Shown: positions 1-9,714, counted from the first letter of the stretch. The stretch: 64,000 bases of DNA from Candidatus Palauibacter sp. (GCF_965216145.1 NZ_OZ244149.1:1209663-1273662); one strand, 5' to 3'. Notes: generated by a model from the letters alone, not told the origin. Numbers and translations: made by a program.

Positions 1-90
1 CCATAGGGTGAGTTCCAACTCGTCCGGCGCGTTGTAGGTGCTGAGGACGATGGAAAGACCGGGAGCACTCCGGAGGAAGCGGTGAGCCAC
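1..90 (-). CDS. N-terminal fragment of a probable family 2 glycosyltransferase (runs off the window edge)
   Basis: Not in the ORF track. GTG at 90 opens MAHRFLRSAPGLSIVLSTYNAPDELELTLW; the SIVLSTYN...L..TL pattern is the typical first strand/helix of GT2 enzymes. Confidence 0.6.
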   Translation of the reverse strand, partial: MAHRFLRSAPGLSIVLSTYNAPDELELTLW

Positions 91-148
91 TTCCGGTGAC
101 GTCTAGTGCTGCGGTTCGCGGGGCGGCTTCCAGCCTCTCAATATCGGC

Positions 149-2998
149 CTACGGGCGCCCGGGCTCCGCGTTCGAGAGGGCGATGGCGTTGAACAGGAAC
201 TTGAAGGTGCCGTGCGGCTGCGCGCGCCGCGTGATGAGCGGGCCGAACAGATAAAGGTGTCCGTCGCCGACCTCGGCCTCCGCCATCGTCACGCCGCCCT
301 GCAGGTACTCCTGGCCCCAGGCCCAGCCGCTGATCAGCGGCGCGTCGTTGTCGAACCACGCGAGCGACGTCACCCCCATCGCGGCGGCGGCACCGGAGTC
401 CAGCGCCGATGGGCTGAACACGGGGCTGTTGTTGAACGAGACCGCGAGCGGCGAGGGAACGCCCGTCGCGACGATCCTGGAGTTATCCACCGTCACCTCG
501 AGGATCGACCCGGGCACGTAGTACTCCTCCCGGCTCAGCGGCTGTCCGCCATTGACCAGATGGTCCTCGAGCGGGAGGCCGAGCGCCTTCCCGAGATCGG
601 TCGAACCGCCGATGGTGACGATCGAGCCGCCGTCCTCCAGGAACTCGATGAGCGCCGGCATCGTCGCCCCCGGCGTGACCCGTCCGAGTCGATCGCGGTA
701 CTCCGCGGGAATCGTCTCCGGATCCGGGGCGCCGAACCCGAACTGGCGCATCATCGCCTGCCGGACGGAATCGGGCACACCTGCGAACACCTCCTCGAAC
801 TGCGAACCGATGGCGCCCGCGGGGAAGATGATGACGTCGTAGTCATCGCTCAGATCTCCCTCGTTGAGCCGCTGCGGGAAGACGAGTTCGTAGTCCGCGA
901 ACCCGTACTGCTCGAGGATCCAGCGGATCCAGCCCGAGGGCATCGAGCCGCCGTACGTGTCCCAGAGCGCGATCCGGGACGCCCGCAGCCGCAGGGCGTC
1001 GGCGTCCGGATCGTCCGCCAGACCCCGGAAGTTAAGGCCCAGCTCGGCGGCCAGCGTCGCGACCTCGTCCGCGGTCCCGCCCCGGCTCTTCACGTAGAAG
1101 GTACCGGCCGGGTGCGTCCTCCCTTCCTCCGTCAGCGCCGAAGTGAGCCAGTAGACCTCGTGTCCCGAGCCCTGCAGCCGGTTGATCGCCGTGAACGAAT
1201 CGTTCACCTCGTGGCTGAACAGGAAGCCGGCCGCACCACCCGCGTCCGCGACCACGCCGGGCATGGGACTCGCGTTCCACTCCGTGATCTCCTCGAACGG
1301 CCCGTCGAAGCCCTCCAGGATGCGGTCGAACTCGACCCCCATCTGGATCGCCAGCGTCCACCCCGCGTTGTCGTACGGTGGCGTCGGGGGCGCCCCCGGG
1401 TAGAGGAAGTCGTTCGGGTGGTCCTGCGGCTCGAACATGTCGAGGACGTGCGGACGGAAGGCCTGTGCCGCCCGCACGACATAGGAACCGGCAGGATAGC
1501 GCTCGCCCGCCACCGAGAAATCGGCCATAGCCCGCTCCACCATGACCCCCGTCTCGAGCAGCGCGTTGACGTACTTGGTCGCCGTGGGGAAGTCGGCCTG
1601 ATCCGAGGGGAGGATGTACCCGCGCGGATCGCGCAGGTCGGGATCGAACAGCTTCTCATAGTCCTCGCGCGTCCCGCGGCTGCCGCCGAAGCCGCCCACG
1701 TTGCGGGCGAAGTCCGTCTCGCCCTGCCCCGCCCGCATCTCGTTGCGGAGCCAGTCCACGCGCTTGGGCTGGATCGTCCAGCTGTCCTTGTCCCCCCGCT
1801 CGATCGAGTTCATCCCCATGCGCCAGATGCGGTACAGGAACGTCTCCCGGTAGCGCGAGGCGAGGTCGAGCACGGCCTTGTTCGCGGTCACCGAGTAGTC
1901 GATCGACTGCCGGAAGTGCCACGGCTGCGGCGCGATCGGGGCGGGCAGATTGTCGTTGGGCAGCACCCGCTCGAGGATGAGCGGGATCTCCATCGGGGTC
2001 GGGTTCCCGATCGTCTCCGTGAGGAGCCCGATCATGTTGTGAAAGTACGGCATCGTGCGCAGGCCGCCGTTCCACCACGTGGAGTAGTTCGCCCCGCGCC
2101 GCCGCGTCGCCCCCGGCTTTCCCTCCGCCGTGAAGCGCGAGTGCATGGCCGCCCCCACGAGGTCGATCCCGGTGATCACCATGGGGTCGATGTTGTAATT
2201 GAAGGGATCCCGGAACGGCGGGGCGAAGAGCACGGTCCCCGTCGGACCCGTCTGGTGGTGGTTGTAGACGATCTGCGGATACCACGTCCGGTACATCTGC
2301 CGGTTCATGTTCTCGGATTCCGGCTGGAAGGACGCGTAGAAATCGCGGTTATTGTCGTGCCCCACGTACTTCTGGTACAGGACGGGGATCCCTCGCGTGG
2401 AGCGCTCCGTCTTCTCCTCGGTCCGCGTATACCAGTTCGAGACGAGGTCCATTCCGTCGGGATTCGCGTGGACGAAGAGGATGATGACATCGTCGAGGAT
2501 CCGCATCGTCTCGTCGTCCGTCCCGCTCACGAACTGCCACAGCGTTTCCATCAACTGTTGCGCGCCCAGGACCTCCGTGGCGTGGAGGCCGCCGTCGATC
2601 CACACGACGGCCTTGCCGCGCTTCGCGAGGTCACGCGCCTCATCTTCCGACACCCCTCCCGCGCGCGCCAGGCGGGCCGAGATCTGCCGGTATTCATCCA
2701 GGTTCGCGTGGTTCTCGGGCGAGGTGACGATCGCCATGAGCTGGTCGCGGCCCTCGGCCGTCTTCCCGATCGACTGCAGCGTCATGCGGGGCGATTCGGC
2801 GGCCAGCGTCTCCCAGTAGCGGGTGAGGTCGCCGTAGTCCGGGAGCTCGTAGTCGGCGCCGATCCGGTGGCCGAAGAACGTCTCCGGCGTCGTGAGGTCC
2901 TGCGCAACGCCGGGTCGGACTGCGGCAAAGGCCAGAACGATCGCGATGGCGGGCGGCGCGCAGCGGGCCACGGACCGGTGGGGGGCGAGAAACGACAT
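149..2998 (-). CDS. Secreted M14-family zinc carboxypeptidase-like protein
   Basis: 949 aa, signal-peptide-like N-terminus, IDGGLHATE zinc motif, HANPDG and GHDNNRD motifs; AGGAG RBS upstream. Confidence 0.85.
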   Translation of the reverse strand: MSFLAPHRSVARCAPPAIAIVLAFAAVRPGVAQDLTTPETFFGHRIGADYELPDYGDLTRYWETLAAESPRMTLQSIGKTAEGRDQLMAIVTSPENHANLDEYRQISARLARAGGVSEDEARDLAKRGKAVVWIDGGLHATEVLGAQQLMETLWQFVSGTDDETMRILDDVIILFVHANPDGMDLVSNWYTRTEEKTERSTRGIPVLYQKYVGHDNNRDFYASFQPESENMNRQMYRTWYPQIVYNHHQTGPTGTVLFAPPFRDPFNYNIDPMVITGIDLVGAAMHSRFTAEGKPGATRRRGANYSTWWNGGLRTMPYFHNMIGLLTETIGNPTPMEIPLILERVLPNDNLPAPIAPQPWHFRQSIDYSVTANKAVLDLASRYRETFLYRIWRMGMNSIERGDKDSWTIQPKRVDWLRNEMRAGQGETDFARNVGGFGGSRGTREDYEKLFDPDLRDPRGYILPSDQADFPTATKYVNALLETGVMVERAMADFSVAGERYPAGSYVVRAAQAFRPHVLDMFEPQDHPNDFLYPGAPPTPPYDNAGWTLAIQMGVEFDRILEGFDGPFEEITEWNASPMPGVVADAGGAAGFLFSHEVNDSFTAINRLQGSGHEVYWLTSALTEEGRTHPAGTFYVKSRGGTADEVATLAAELGLNFRGLADDPDADALRLRASRIALWDTYGGSMPSGWIRWILEQYGFADYELVFPQRLNEGDLSDDYDVIIFPAGAIGSQFEEVFAGVPDSVRQAMMRQFGFGAPDPETIPAEYRDRLGRVTPGATMPALIEFLEDGGSIVTIGGSTDLGKALGLPLEDHLVNGGQPLSREEYYVPGSILEVTVDNSRIVATGVPSPLAVSFNNSPVFSPSALDSGAAAAMGVTSLAWFDNDAPLISGWAWGQEYLQGGVTMAEAEVGDGHLYLFGPLITRRAQPHGTFKFLFNAIALSNAEPGRP

Positions 2999-3020
2999 TT
3001 TGCGGACTCTCCTTATGAAG

Positions 3021-3053
3021 ACCCTGTGCAGATCCTGTGCAGATCCTGTGCGG
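3021..3053. repeat. Three tandem 11-bp direct repeats A(C/T)CCTGTGC(A/G)G just upstream of the M14 peptidase RBS
   Basis: accctgtgcag / atcctgtgcag / atcctgtgcgg, read directly from the sequence. Confidence 0.85.
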
Positions 3054-3114
3054 ACGCGATGCCGAACTTCGGCGCATAATGGCGACGGGGTGGCCGGAAG
3101 CCCAAGCCCCCCGC

Positions 3115-3169
3115 CGAAAACGAAACCGCCCGCCGGCGAGCCCGAACTTCCGGGCTCTCGGCGGGCGGT
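3115..3169 (-). terminator. Intrinsic terminator downstream of the Vps10-like gene
   Basis: ACCGCCCGCCG-gc-GAGCCCG-aacttc-CGGGCTC-t-CGGCGGGCGGT long stem (3125-3169), followed on the minus strand by TTCGTTTTCG. Confidence 0.75.
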
Positions 3170-3209
3170 CGTTACTGAAGCCCTGACAGCTTGCGGCTGA
3201 AGCGGACCG

Positions 3210-6200
3210 TCAGCGCATGGGCGGAGACGGCACCTGGATCGGGTCGCCGAGGTCCGGGCCGACCCCCGCCGCCTGCACCGCCGAGAAGAGCGCCGGCATC
3301 CGGTCCTCGATCACAGCGTTGAGGCGATCGATGGCGCCGGGCAGCACGTCCCACCCGCGCTCGAGCTGGTAGAGCATGTCGGCGGTCGGCGCGGTGTGGT
3401 ATCCGGACAGGCCGCCGGACACGCCGGCACCGTCCCGGGCCCGGTCGAGTACGTCTCCGATCCCGTCCAGTTCCTCGCCCACGGCCTCGACCTCCGCCGT
3501 CAGCGACTCGGACACGTCGTGGTCCTCGAGCTGCGCCTCGATGTCGGACAGATGGTCGCGCAGCCGGCCCAGGGCCTGCAACCCCTCGTTCGTCGGCTTC
3601 GCCAGCGCGTAGGCGCTCATGAGGGCGTCCTGCCGCGCCATGAGATCGCTCCGGCTGATGTTCACCCGCGGGTCCAGCCGCACCGTGACGGCCGTCTCGA
3701 GCGTCTGCCCCGCCGCCTCCAGCCGGGCCGTGTACGTCCCCGGGAGGGCCTTGGGCGCAGTGGCGCCGGCGCGGAAGAACCCGCCGCCGCCAGGGGCGGC
3801 CGGCGGAGGCTCGTAGCGGAGATCCCACATCACCTCGTTCAGGCCGCGGTCGCCGCCGCCCTCGAGTTCACGGACCATGTCGCCGCTCGAATCGAGGATC
3901 GTGATGGTGGCGTTCCCGGCCATGGAGGCGCCGGCGGCGTCGGACGAGCCGCCGTTGGCGGACGGACCACCTGAACCGGCCACCCGGCCCATCATGTTCG
4001 CCTCATCGTCTTCGGCCATCGGGGCGTCCGGCAGGTCGCTGCCCAGCCAGTAACGGATGCGGGCGCCCTGCGGCGGGTTATCCGCCTCGAAGATGCCCGG
4101 CGTCCAGCCCTGCGGCGTGTACGGGTTGTAGGCGACCGCCGACTGGGTCGAGAAGAGGTGCATCTCGGAGGCGAGCACCGCCTGACTCAGTTCTTCGAGC
4201 GGGGTGACGTCCTCCATGATCCAGATGCCGCGCCCGTGCGTGCCGATGACGAGGTCGTTCTCGCGTTCCTGGATCTTGATGTCGTCCACCGGCACCGGCG
4301 GCATGTTCCGGAGCAGCGGGTGCCACGAGTTCCCGGCGTCGACCGAGAAGTAGGTCCCGATCTCGTTGCCGGCGAAGAGGAGGTTGGCCGCGCGCGGGTG
4401 CTGCTGGAGCGCGTTCATCGACCATCCGTCCGGCAGCCCGTTCGTCATCGCCCGCCACGACTCGCCGTAGTCGTTCGACACGTAGAGGTATGGCGCCATG
4501 TCGTCGTTGCGGTGGTTGTCGCCCGCCACCCACACCGTGCCCGCGTCGGCATGCGAGGCGACGATCCGCGTCATGTACAGCTGGTCGGGCACGCCCGGCA
4601 TGTTGAGCGCCGCGTTCGTCCATGTGCCGCCGCCGTCCCGGGTGACCTGCAGGTTCCCGTCGTCCGTGCCCGCGTAGACCACCATCGGGTCGAGCGGTGA
4701 TTCCTCGATCGAGATCATGTTGCCGAAGGTCGACGTCCCGTCGTTCGCCGACATCATCGGCTCGGAGCCGAGGACGCCCATGATCTCGAGCGTCTGGCGG
4801 TCGATGTCCTTCGTCAGGTCCGGGGAGATCTGCTCCCACGTCTGCCCGTAGTCCGTCGATTTGAACACGACGTTGCCGCCGTAGTAGATCGTATTCGGGT
4901 CGCTCGGCGAGACCTCGACCGGCGTGTCCCAGTTCCAGCGGTAGTCGGGTGGATCCTCTTCATCCTCCCCGGGGCGTCCCAGCGGACGCATCCGGAGACG
5001 CTCGCCGGTCTTCAGGTTCGTCCGCATCAGGTTCCCGTTCTGGGACTCGGCGAGCATCTCCCCGCCGTCGGGGTGGAGGACGGTGAAGTAGCCGTCGCCG
5101 CTCCCCACGTTGTACCAGTCGCGGGGCCGGATGCCCTGGTTGGACCAGGTGTCCGAGGGGCCGCACCACGAGCCGTTGTCCTGCAGGCCGCCGCACACGT
5201 GGTACGGGTCGCGGTTGTCGACCCCGATCTCGTAGAACTGCGCCAGCGGGAGATTGCGGAGCTGCCGCCAGCTGTCGGAGCGGTCCCAGCTGACCGAGAC
5301 GCCTCCGTCGCCGCCGAGGATGAGGTGGTCGGAGTTCCCCGGATCGACCCACAGCGCGTGGTGGTCGGAGTGGACCTCGGAGGACGCGTCCGGCGTGAAG
5401 TTGTTCCCGCCGTCGGAGGAGCGGTACAGGTTCCCGCCGCCCAGGTAGACCCGCTCCGGATCGTTCGGATCGATGCGGATCTGGCTGTAGTACATGGGAC
5501 GGTTGTTCGTCGTGCTGACCTGCGTCCACGTCTCGCCGCGGTCGGTGGACTTGTAGACGCCCGTCTTTTGATCCGGGTTGCCGGGCCCCTGCGGACCGCC
5601 GCCCTGGCCGGGGGCGCGCGCGTCGGCCTCGACGATCGCCATGACGAGGTTCCCGTCGCCCCGGTAGATGTCGAGCCCAATGCGGCCGAGGTCACCCTCC
5701 GGCAGGCCTCCGGCGAGCTTCGTCCAGTTGTCGCCGCCATCCATCGTCCGGTGGATGCCGCTGCCCGGCCCGCCGCCGTTGAAGCCCCACAACGTCCGCT
5801 GCCGCTGGTACATGGCCGCGAACAGCGTCATCGGGTCGCCCGGGTCCATGGCGAGGTCGATCGCGCCCGTGTGCTCGTCGACGTGGAGAACCAGTTCCCA
5901 CGTCTCCCCTGCGTCCATCGTCCGGTACACGCCGCGCTCGGGGTTCGCGCCCCACAGGCGGCCCATCGCCGCCACGTAGGCCACGTCCGGATTCCGCGGG
6001 TGCACCTGGATGCGGGAGATGTGGTGCGTCGCCTCGAGCCCGAGGTGGGTCCACGTCCGGCCGGCGTCCGTCGACCGGAACACGCCCATCCCCCAGGGGG
6101 AGGACTGCCGGTTCTGCGGCTCTCCCGACCCGACCCACACGACGTTCGGGTTCGAGGGCGCAAGCGTCACATCCCCGACCGACAGCATCGGTTGGTCGTC

Positions 6201-6470
6201 GAAGACCGATTCGAACGTGTTCCCGCCGTTGATCGTCTTCCACACGCCGCCGGTCGCCACACCGACGTAGAAGGTGGACGGATCGGACTCGACGGCCGCG
6301 ATGTCCGCGATGCGGCCTCCCATGATGGTGGGGCCGATCTCGCGCCACTCGAGCGCCGCGACGGCTGCCGCCATGTCGGCGTCCTGAGCCATCGCGGGGA
6401 GGGGTGTGGCGATGAGGGCGATCACCGCCGCAAGCGACAGACTTCCTGGGAGCCCTGAGCGCGTACGCAT
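3210..6470 (-). CDS. Secreted Vps10/sortilin-like BNR (Asp-box) repeat protein, glycosyl-hydrolase-like beta-propeller
   Basis: Repeated S.DGG.TW/F Asp boxes, WREIGP..MGGRI start, GGLQDNGSW motif, helical C-terminal extension. Start placed at MRTRSG (GAGGT RBS) rather than 6548. Confidence 0.85.
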   Translation of the reverse strand: MRTRSGLPGSLSLAAVIALIATPLPAMAQDADMAAAVAALEWREIGPTIMGGRIADIAAVESDPSTFYVGVATGGVWKTINGGNTFESVFDDQPMLSVGDVTLAPSNPNVVWVGSGEPQNRQSSPWGMGVFRSTDAGRTWTHLGLEATHHISRIQVHPRNPDVAYVAAMGRLWGANPERGVYRTMDAGETWELVLHVDEHTGAIDLAMDPGDPMTLFAAMYQRQRTLWGFNGGGPGSGIHRTMDGGDNWTKLAGGLPEGDLGRIGLDIYRGDGNLVMAIVEADARAPGQGGGPQGPGNPDQKTGVYKSTDRGETWTQVSTTNNRPMYYSQIRIDPNDPERVYLGGGNLYRSSDGGNNFTPDASSEVHSDHHALWVDPGNSDHLILGGDGGVSVSWDRSDSWRQLRNLPLAQFYEIGVDNRDPYHVCGGLQDNGSWCGPSDTWSNQGIRPRDWYNVGSGDGYFTVLHPDGGEMLAESQNGNLMRTNLKTGERLRMRPLGRPGEDEEDPPDYRWNWDTPVEVSPSDPNTIYYGGNVVFKSTDYGQTWEQISPDLTKDIDRQTLEIMGVLGSEPMMSANDGTSTFGNMISIEESPLDPMVVYAGTDDGNLQVTRDGGGTWTNAALNMPGVPDQLYMTRIVASHADAGTVWVAGDNHRNDDMAPYLYVSNDYGESWRAMTNGLPDGWSMNALQQHPRAANLLFAGNEIGTYFSVDAGNSWHPLLRNMPPVPVDDIKIQERENDLVIGTHGRGIWIMEDVTPLEELSQAVLASEMHLFSTQSAVAYNPYTPQGWTPGIFEADNPPQGARIRYWLGSDLPDAPMAEDDEANMMGRVAGSGGPSANGGSSDAAGASMAGNATITILDSSGDMVRELEGGGDRGLNEVMWDLRYEPPPAAPGGGGFFRAGATAPKALPGTYTARLEAAGQTLETAVTVRLDPRVNISRSDLMARQDALMSAYALAKPTNEGLQALGRLRDHLSDIEAQLEDHDVSESLTAEVEAVGEELDGIGDVLDRARDGAGVSGGLSGYHTAPTADMLYQLERGWDVLPGAIDRLNAVIEDRMPALFSAVQAAGVGPDLGDPIQVPSPPMR

Positions 6471-6633
6471 CTCGATTACCTCGTGTGGCAGGGGGTTCCG
6501 CGGGAGGGAGGCCCGGGCGAAGGAACCGGCACCGGCCACCCCACCCAACGACCATTACAACGGATATACAGTAGGCAAACCGACCGAAATCTGAAACCGC
6601 AGCTCGTGGGAAACGCCCGTCGACTCACCGAGG

Positions 6634-6662
6634 TTGCCGAATACGACATCACGTCGTAAAGT
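6634..6662 (+). promoter_or_regulatory. Sigma70-type promoter of the blaR1-blaI operon
   Basis: TTGCCG (6634-6639), 17-bp spacer, TAAAGT (6657-6662). Confidence 0.7.
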
Positions 6663-6680
6663 TACGACATGTCGTCGGTA
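6642..6680. promoter_or_regulatory. BlaI-type operator: perfect TACGAC-N5-GTCGTA palindrome plus a second degenerate site
   Basis: TACGACatcacGTCGTA at 6642-6658 overlaps the spacer and -10; TACGACatgtcGTCGGT at 6663-6679. Lies upstream of a blaR1/blaI pair. Confidence 0.75.
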
Positions 6681-6703
6681 CGGTGGTCAACGGAGAGCGA
6701 GAA

Positions 6704-8299
6704 ATGACGGATCTGATCCTCCAGATCGGGGCCAGCAAGCTGGTGCTGTCCGTCGGCCTTGCCGGAGTCGCGTGGATCGTGCAGCGCCGCCTCGGCTGGC
6801 CGTCTCTGGCCCACGGGCTCTGGTTGCTGCCGCTCGCGGCCCTGCTCGTGCCTCCGCTCGTCTCGATTCCGATCTGGCCGCGGGAGGCCGATCCCGTCGC
6901 GGCCGTCGCGGCCGCGGGCTTGTTGGGGGCGGAGCCGACGCCATTGGCGGGGGCCATCCTTGTCGGCTGGCTCAAGAGTCACGGCAAAGACGGGCTCGTC
7001 TGGCTCTGGCTGCTGGGCACCGCTTCCGTCCTCGGCTGGACGCTCGTTCGCACGCTGCGTTTCCACCGCTCGCTCGTGAGAGCGTCGGAGGTCGCGCCGC
7101 CCTCGGTCCAGCGCACCGCGCAGGAGATCGCCGGCGACCTCGGACTGGGTGCGGTCCCAACGGTTTACGCCACTCCCGCGCAAGTGTCTCCCATGGTGTG
7201 GTGGGCCGGAGGGAAGGCGCGGATCCTACTCCCCTCGCCCCTGCTGGTCGCGATGGATGGGGTCGAACTGCGCTGCATCCTGGCGCATGAACTCGCCCAC
7301 GTCCGACGGCGCGATCACGTCGTCCGCTGGCTCGAATGGCTGGCGTGCGCCGCCTTCTGGTGGAACCCCGTCGCCTGGTGGGCACGCCGAAGGTTGCGGG
7401 CGTCCGAGGAGTTGTGCTGTGACGCGCTGGCCATCTCCACGATCGACGGCGAGCCACGGCTGTACGCCGGGGCCCTGCTCCGGGTGATCGATTTCATGTC
7501 CACAGCCCCGGCACCGGGGCCGCTGACCTTCGCGAGTACGGTCGATCGCTGCGGCCGCGCGTCGCAGCTTGAAAGGAGATTTCGCGTGATCATGACAAAC
7601 GGAGAACCGACGCACGCCCCGCGCTGGCTGCGCCTCGCGCTGCGGTGCGGCGCCGTCTGCCTGCTGGCGGGCGGCCTGATCTACTGCACCGACCAGTCGG
7701 ACCTGACGGCCGTGGACCCGGCGCTGGCGCCGCCGGTGCAGGAGACCGCCGAGTTCCTCGTCACCGAAGGAAACCCGACTGCCAAGTCACCTTTCGCGGT
7801 CGACGGAGATTCGTCCCTCCGTCCCGCCGAGGTTGAGCGGGTGCTGCGTACTCTCTCCGCCCGACTCGAGACTCTCGCGGCGGAACACTCACTCCCAAGC
7901 GAGCTTGTCGAGGCCCTCCATGCCGCCGGGGACCGGGTCTTCTCCCTATCCGGGGCCCTTTCGGCGGGTGAACCCGCTGGACCTGGCCGGATTCCCGACT
8001 TGTTCCTGGGTGTGACACCAGACGACGGGACCGGAGATCCCAGGTTGGTCTCGCTGGAGCTTGCCGCCCTTCGGTCCGCGCTGTCGGGAACCCCGCTCTC
8101 GGATGCAGAAGCCGTTGAGGCCGAGTTGGCCCGGCACCTGCGGGTGCGCCAAGCCCCAAACTTCAAGTTACTCCATGGGATGCATCTCGAATGTTCGGTT
8201 GATGAAGGCGGAAGTCTCTCTCCGAGCGAACTCGTTTCCGGCACGATGACGTGCGAGACGGCGGAAACCAGCAAGGGGAAGCTCCGCCTGAGGCGATAG
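6704..8299 (+). CDS. blaR1: BlaR1/MecR1-like M56 family metallopeptidase (membrane signal transducer)
   Basis: Several TM segments, HELAH zinc motif, WWNP..W..RR.LR..EE..CD motif, LERRF..I motif. The C-terminal extracytoplasmic domain is not recognisable. Confidence 0.85.
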   Translation: MTDLILQIGASKLVLSVGLAGVAWIVQRRLGWPSLAHGLWLLPLAALLVPPLVSIPIWPREADPVAAVAAAGLLGAEPTPLAGAILVGWLKSHGKDGLVWLWLLGTASVLGWTLVRTLRFHRSLVRASEVAPPSVQRTAQEIAGDLGLGAVPTVYATPAQVSPMVWWAGGKARILLPSPLLVAMDGVELRCILAHELAHVRRRDHVVRWLEWLACAAFWWNPVAWWARRRLRASEELCCDALAISTIDGEPRLYAGALLRVIDFMSTAPAPGPLTFASTVDRCGRASQLERRFRVIMTNGEPTHAPRWLRLALRCGAVCLLAGGLIYCTDQSDLTAVDPALAPPVQETAEFLVTEGNPTAKSPFAVDGDSSLRPAEVERVLRTLSARLETLAAEHSLPSELVEALHAAGDRVFSLSGALSAGEPAGPGRIPDLFLGVTPDDGTGDPRLVSLELAALRSALSGTPLSDAEAVEAELARHLRVRQAPNFKLLHGMHLECSVDEGGSLSPSELVSGTMTCETAETSKGKLRLRR

Positions 8300-8358
8300 C
8301 GCAGCGGCAGCGTGGCGCTCGACGCTCCCCGTCGGAAACGATCGAGAAAGGGTCTCGC

Positions 8359-8727
8359 ATGACGATACCGCGCCTGGCCAACGCCGAACTCGCGGTCATG
8401 GAGCGACTCTGGAAGGAGGGGCGCCTCACCGCGCGCCGGCTTCGCGAACAGCTCTACCCCGACACCACGAGGTCGGCGCACGGAACCGTCCAGCGCCTCC
8501 TCCAGCGGCTGGAGGACAAGGGATTCGTCCACCGGGACGGCAGTCTCGGGACTCAGCTCTTCTCCACTCGGATCAGCCGGGAGGAATACGCGTCCGGGCG
8601 GCTCGAGGCGCTGGCCGACCGGATCACGGGGGGTTCGCTGGTTCCCATGATTACGCAACTGATCGAAGACCGGAAACTTGCGCCCGAGGAGATCGAGCGC
8701 TTGCGCAGGATCCTGGAGGAGGGATGA
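8359..8727 (+). CDS. blaI: BlaI/MecI/CopY family transcriptional repressor
   Basis: LANAELAVMERLW, TVQRLLQRLEDKGFV wHTH, GGSL.P....LI....L..EEIERLR C-terminus. Confidence 0.9.
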   Translation: MTIPRLANAELAVMERLWKEGRLTARRLREQLYPDTTRSAHGTVQRLLQRLEDKGFVHRDGSLGTQLFSTRISREEYASGRLEALADRITGGSLVPMITQLIEDRKLAPEEIERLRRILEEG

Positions 8728-8906
8728 CGCGAGGTGGGATCCCCGAGCTCGAGATCCCGAGGTCGAAGTAGCGGCGGGATCGTGCGCCGGGCGAGCCTCA
8801 CCGCCAGGGTAGCGCCCTCGCCGGAATCCGCGGATCTTCGGCTTGCGACAGGCTGCGGGAGCTGAGCCCTCCCGCCTTCCAGCCCCAGCGAGCCGGAGTG
8901 CCTCCC

Positions 8907-9665
8907 ATGTCTGCGGAAATACGGATGGAGCGGATGACCTCGCCCGAGATCGAGGCGGCGATCGAGGCCGGGGTCACGACCGTCGTCGTCGCGGCGGGGG
9001 CGGTGGAGCAGCACGGGCCGCACCTGCCGCTGTTCATGGATGCCGAGCACGGGGACCGGCTTGCGGTCGAGATCGCCCGGCGGCTCGGCGACGCGCTCGT
9101 CGCTCCCACGATCCGGGTCGGCTGGTCCGACCACCACATGGACTTCGCGGGCACCGTCTCCCTGAGCAAAAAGACCTTCCTCGCCGTGTGCCACGACTAC
9201 TGCGTGAGCCTCGCGCGCCACGGGTTCCGGCGGGTCTGTCTCGTCCCCTCCCACGGCGGCAACTTCGCCCCGCTCGCCGAGGCGCGGGACGCGTTCAACG
9301 AAGCGGCGGGGCCCGACTGTTCCGTGGACGTATACGCGGATCTGATCGAGGTCATCGGGACCTGGCGGGAGATCGCCGAGGCGGAGGCGGGGTTCGGCGC
9401 CCGCGTGGGCGGCCACGCCGACATCGCGGAAACCTCCATCATGATGGCCATGCACGACGGACTCGTCCGGGAGGACCGGGTGGAGTGCGGGCAGTTGACG
9501 ACGCCCGAGGAGGAACCGGAACTCATCCGGCGCGTGCTCAGCGAGGGGTTCAGGAGCGTGACTCCGAACGGCATCCTGGGCGACGCGCGGGGTGCGACCG
9601 CCGAGATGGGCGAGAAGATGATCACGGCGCTGGCGGACCGGATCGCCGCGCATTTCGGGGCGTAG
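8907..9665 (+). CDS. Creatininase family amidohydrolase
   Basis: GAVEQHGPHLPL..D, HH..FAGT, SHGGN and GHAD..ETS motifs; GGAG RBS before the ATG at 8907. Confidence 0.85.
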   Translation: MSAEIRMERMTSPEIEAAIEAGVTTVVVAAGAVEQHGPHLPLFMDAEHGDRLAVEIARRLGDALVAPTIRVGWSDHHMDFAGTVSLSKKTFLAVCHDYCVSLARHGFRRVCLVPSHGGNFAPLAEARDAFNEAAGPDCSVDVYADLIEVIGTWREIAEAEAGFGARVGGHADIAETSIMMAMHDGLVREDRVECGQLTTPEEEPELIRRVLSEGFRSVTPNGILGDARGATAEMGEKMITALADRIAAHFGA

Positions 9666-9714
9666 ACCAGCTTCCGGGTCGACGGGGGCGCGACTTGGCG
9701 AGGGAGACGACGGG

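Noticed and set aside
3021-3053. Interpretation of the 11-mers as DnaA boxes or an origin
   Set aside because: Only a partial match to TT(A/T)TNCACA, no AT-rich unwinding element, and no dnaA or rep gene nearby.
212-3079. 955-aa plus-strand ORF opposite the M14 peptidase
   Set aside because: Antisense shadow ORF of a high-GC3 gene; Arg/Pro-rich with no motifs. The same applies to 33791-36919, 17640-20024, 58703-60403, 28019-29626 and most other overlapping ORFs in the track.
8727-8800. Short GATCCC/CCGAG palindromic motifs resembling REP elements
   Set aside because: No consistent family of copies was found elsewhere in the window.
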